Shown here: in pieces, positions 61,807 through 64,000 of the stretch
Layout: each line of letters starts with the position of its first letter
Numbering within the stretch: the stretch's first letter is position 1
Assembly (NCBI GenBank): GCA_017438525.1
Contig: JAFRVI010000004.1
Location: forward strand, 79,281 to 143,280
DNA length: 64,000 bases
Reading direction: 5' to 3'
DNA from: Clostridia bacterium
Lineage (GTDB): Bacteria; Bacillota; Clostridia; Oscillospirales; RGIG8002
Notes under the pieces: model-generated
Told to the model about the DNA's origin: nothing
Seen by the model: only the letters and a program-made list of their open reading frames with translations
Database searches by the model: none
Made by a program: the position numbers and the translations under genes

Positions 61807-64000
61807 ATGCCGCTTACGATCTTATCAACGACATGTGAATACGCAAAAGAAACTCTCGGCATCGGAAATCCGAATCCGGTCGTCGGCTGGAAGCTTTCGG
61901 GCGGCGAAGGAGCGCGCCAGACCGCCTACCGCGTCGAAGTTTTCGACGAGGACGGCGGGGCGGTCTGGGATTCCGGAAAGATCGCTTCCGACGCGCAGTT
62001 CGGTATCGGAATCAGGCCCGAGCGTCCGCTTCGCCCGATGAGCGAATACTCCTTCACCGTGACGGTGTGGGACGAAAACGACGCGCAGTCGCCCTCCGTT
62101 TCATCAAGCTTTGTCACAGGCTTCTTCAAGTCCCACCAATGGCGCGGCGACTGGCTGAGAATATGGCATTACGGTTCCGTTCACTTTTTCAGGCGCGAGT
62201 TTACGCTCGGCAGCGCGTCCGATATACGCTATGCTTACGCGTTTATCGGCGCGTTCGGCGACAAGGGCAATTCCTGCGTGCCGTTTATCAACGGCGAACG
62301 CATCGGCGACCTGCCGCTCTTCCCCGGCGCGAGCGAATACTTTACCGCGCAGTACGTCTGCCGCGACGTAAAGCCGTTGCTGAAAGAAGGCACGAACGCA
62401 GTCGGCCTTATGCTCGCGCGGACGTCGTCGATAATTATCAAAATCAAGTATAACGACGGTTCGGAAGTCTTCGTCGACTGCCGCCGGTCAGAGTGGAAAT
62501 CAAAGACCGGAGGCGGCTACAGGCTCGGATACGACGAGAGCATGCAGCACGGCAAATTCGAGGAGTTCGACGCGCGCGAGGCGTTCCACGGCTGGGCCGA
62601 AGCCGGATTCGACGATTCCGGCTGGGAGCCCGCGGGCGAGACGAACCCGATAATCGACCTCGCTCCGCTATTTCTTCGTCCGCAGCTTTGCGCGGTCAAA
62701 AGCGGCGAAGAGTTATCGCCAGCGGCGATAACGGATCGCGGCGGCGTAAAGCTTGTCGATTTCGGAACTAACCTCGCCGGCTTCGTCAGCGTCCGCATGA
62801 AAGGCAAGCCGGGCGAAACCGTCACGCTCCGCTTCGCGGAAAAGCTCGGTGAAGACGGCGCTCCCGTCTTCCCAGACTGGCGCGGCGCGTATAACAAATA
62901 CACCTTCGCGACGGACGGCGTTGAGGAATACGCCCCATGCTTTATGTACACCGGCTTCCGCTGCGTCTGCGTTTACGGCGACGCGGAAATCGTTTCCGTA
63001 ACCGCGCGTCCGATACACAGCGACATGCTCGGCGACTCGCGCTTCGAATGCTCCGACGGTGAGATCAACGCGATATGCGAAGCGGCGCGGAAAAGCTTCC
63101 TTTCCAACCTCGTAAACATACCGACGGACTGTCCCGAACGCGAACGCCGCGGCTGGACCGCCGACGCTTACGCCGTTTGCGAGGCGGAGTGCGTGAGCTT
63201 TGACGCTCACGTCTTCTACTCGCAATGGCTCGAAAGCATGCACGACAGCCAGCGCGGGAACGGGTGGATACCCGTCGAGCTTCCGATGCCGACGGACGAC
63301 TGTATCGATGTCAACTGGCCCGCAGCGGCGGTGTTCATCCCTTATACGCTTTACCGGCAGTACGCGGACGCGCGGCTCGTAAGGCGGTTCATGCCGATGA
63401 TGAAGGCGTGGGTGTCGCTGCTCGAAGAGATCTGCGACGGGAATTATGAAATTGCCGAAAGCTATATGAGCTATAAAGACTGGATCGCCGCGGAACCGGC
63501 AAGCCCGCGCTTCCTCTCTTCCGTATACTTTTTCAGATGCGCCGATCTGCTCGCGGAGCTTGCCGAAGCCGTCGGCGAGCGCGCCGACGCGGAATACTTC
63601 TCCGCGCTCGCGCAAAGGATACGCGCAGCGATCAATAAGCGTTATCTTGCCGTCAGCGGCGCGGAAGCGTATTACGATAACGGCAGCCAAAGCGCAAACG
63701 CACACGCGCTCTGTTTCGGCGTCTGCCCCGATGAATTGCGCTCCGCGGTCACCGAAAGTCTCGTAAGCGACGTAGAGAGAAACCGGACCTCCACCTGCGG
63801 ATTCATGGGAACAGCGTGCATACTCGAGGCCCTTTCCGAAAACGGCAGGAGCGACGCCGCATACCGGCTGATAAAAAACCGCAATCAGGGCGGCTGGCTT
63901 TATCTCATCGAAAGCTGCGGCGCGACGACCTTCCCCGAACACTTCAACGGCGGCGGTTCGCAGAACCACGCCTTCCTCGGAAGCGCGCCCGCGCTGTGGG
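61807..64000 (+). CDS. GH78 alpha-L-rhamnosidase (3' end outside the window)
   Basis: This frame is not in the ORF track because it has no stop in the window. My translation from ATG 61807 reads MPLTILSTTCEYAKETLGIGNPNPVVGWKLSGGEGARQTAYRVEVFDEDGGAVWDSGKIASD...YSFTVTVWDEND, matching the GH78 N-terminal domain pattern. Downstream it has IPTDCPERERRGWTADAY. There is no signal peptide. Confidence 0.8.
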   Translation, partial: MPLTILSTTCEYAKETLGIGNPNPVVGWKLSGGEGARQTAYRVEVFDEDGGAVWDSGKIASDAQFGIGIRPERPLRPMSEYSFTVTVWDENDAQSPSVSSSFVTGFFKSHQWRGDWLRIWHYGSVHFFRREFTLGSASDIRYAYAFIGAFGDKGNSCVPFINGERIGDLPLFPGASEYFTAQYVCRDVKPLLKEGTNAVGLMLARTSSIIIKIKYNDGSEVFVDCRRSEWKSKTGGGYRLGYDESMQHGKFEEFDAREAFHGWAEAGFDDSGWEPAGETNPIIDLAPLFLRPQLCAVKSGEELSPAAITDRGGVKLVDFGTNLAGFVSVRMKGKPGETVTLRFAEKLGEDGAPVFPDWRGAYNKYTFATDGVEEYAPCFMYTGFRCVCVYGDAEIVSVTARPIHSDMLGDSRFECSDGEINAICEAARKSFLSNLVNIPTDCPERERRGWTADAYAVCEAECVSFDAHVFYSQWLESMHDSQRGNGWIPVELPMPTDDCIDVNWPAAAVFIPYTLYRQYADARLVRRFMPMMKAWVSLLEEICDGNYEIAESYMSYKDWIAAEPASPRFLSSVYFFRCADLLAELAEAVGERADAEYFSALAQRIRAAINKRYLAVSGAEAYYDNGSQSANAHALCFGVCPDELRSAVTESLVSDVERNRTSTCGFMGTACILEALSENGRSDAAYRLIKNRNQGGWLYLIESCGATTFPEHFNGGGSQNHAFLGSAPALW

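Overview
The window looks like chromosome from an endospore-forming, moderately GC-rich Clostridia-class Firmicute. This is inferred from spoIVA, dpaA/dpaB, SpoVB-like and SpoVK-like genes, GGAGG ribosome-binding sites, sigmaA-type promoters and dockerin modules. The finer taxon cannot be proven here. All functional calls rest on motif recognition by eye, because no database search or alignment could be run.

Region 1-20.8 kb carries housekeeping and sporulation genes: spoIVA, a heterodimeric ABC exporter pair, the train murC-coaX-MOP flippase-polyferredoxin-GHL10, cca, dpaAB, an AAA+ ATPase, tRNA-Pro(CGG), galM and a CDF transporter.

Region 20.8-52.1 kb is one uninterrupted minus-strand gene train. 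It runs from a sigmaA-like promoter at about 52.1 kb to a bidirectional terminator at about 20.83 kb. It is dominated by an accessory family of four giant secreted paralogues (about 1,565-1,600 aa each). Their module order is signal peptide, unassigned modules, ricin-type lectin, GH16, WD40/PD40 beta-propeller, BspA-type LRR, dockerin. Interleaved with them are three paralogous EEP (endonuclease/exonuclease/phosphatase) enzymes, one of which sits behind six tandem CBM4/9-like modules. The train also holds a tail-anchored zinc-ribbon protein, an SGNH-like protein, the housekeeping genes lgt and folD, and a catalytically degenerate alkaline-phosphatase-like dockerin protein.

Region 52.2-64 kb carries a 2,467-aa cyclic beta-1,2-glucan-synthase-like giant, a serine-palmitoyltransferase-like alpha-oxoamine synthase plus SDR operon behind a perfect consensus promoter, and the 5' part of a GH78 rhamnosidase.

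I saw no transposase, integrase, CRISPR array, rRNA or phage genes. The many long ORFs opposite real genes are codon-aligned antisense shadows.
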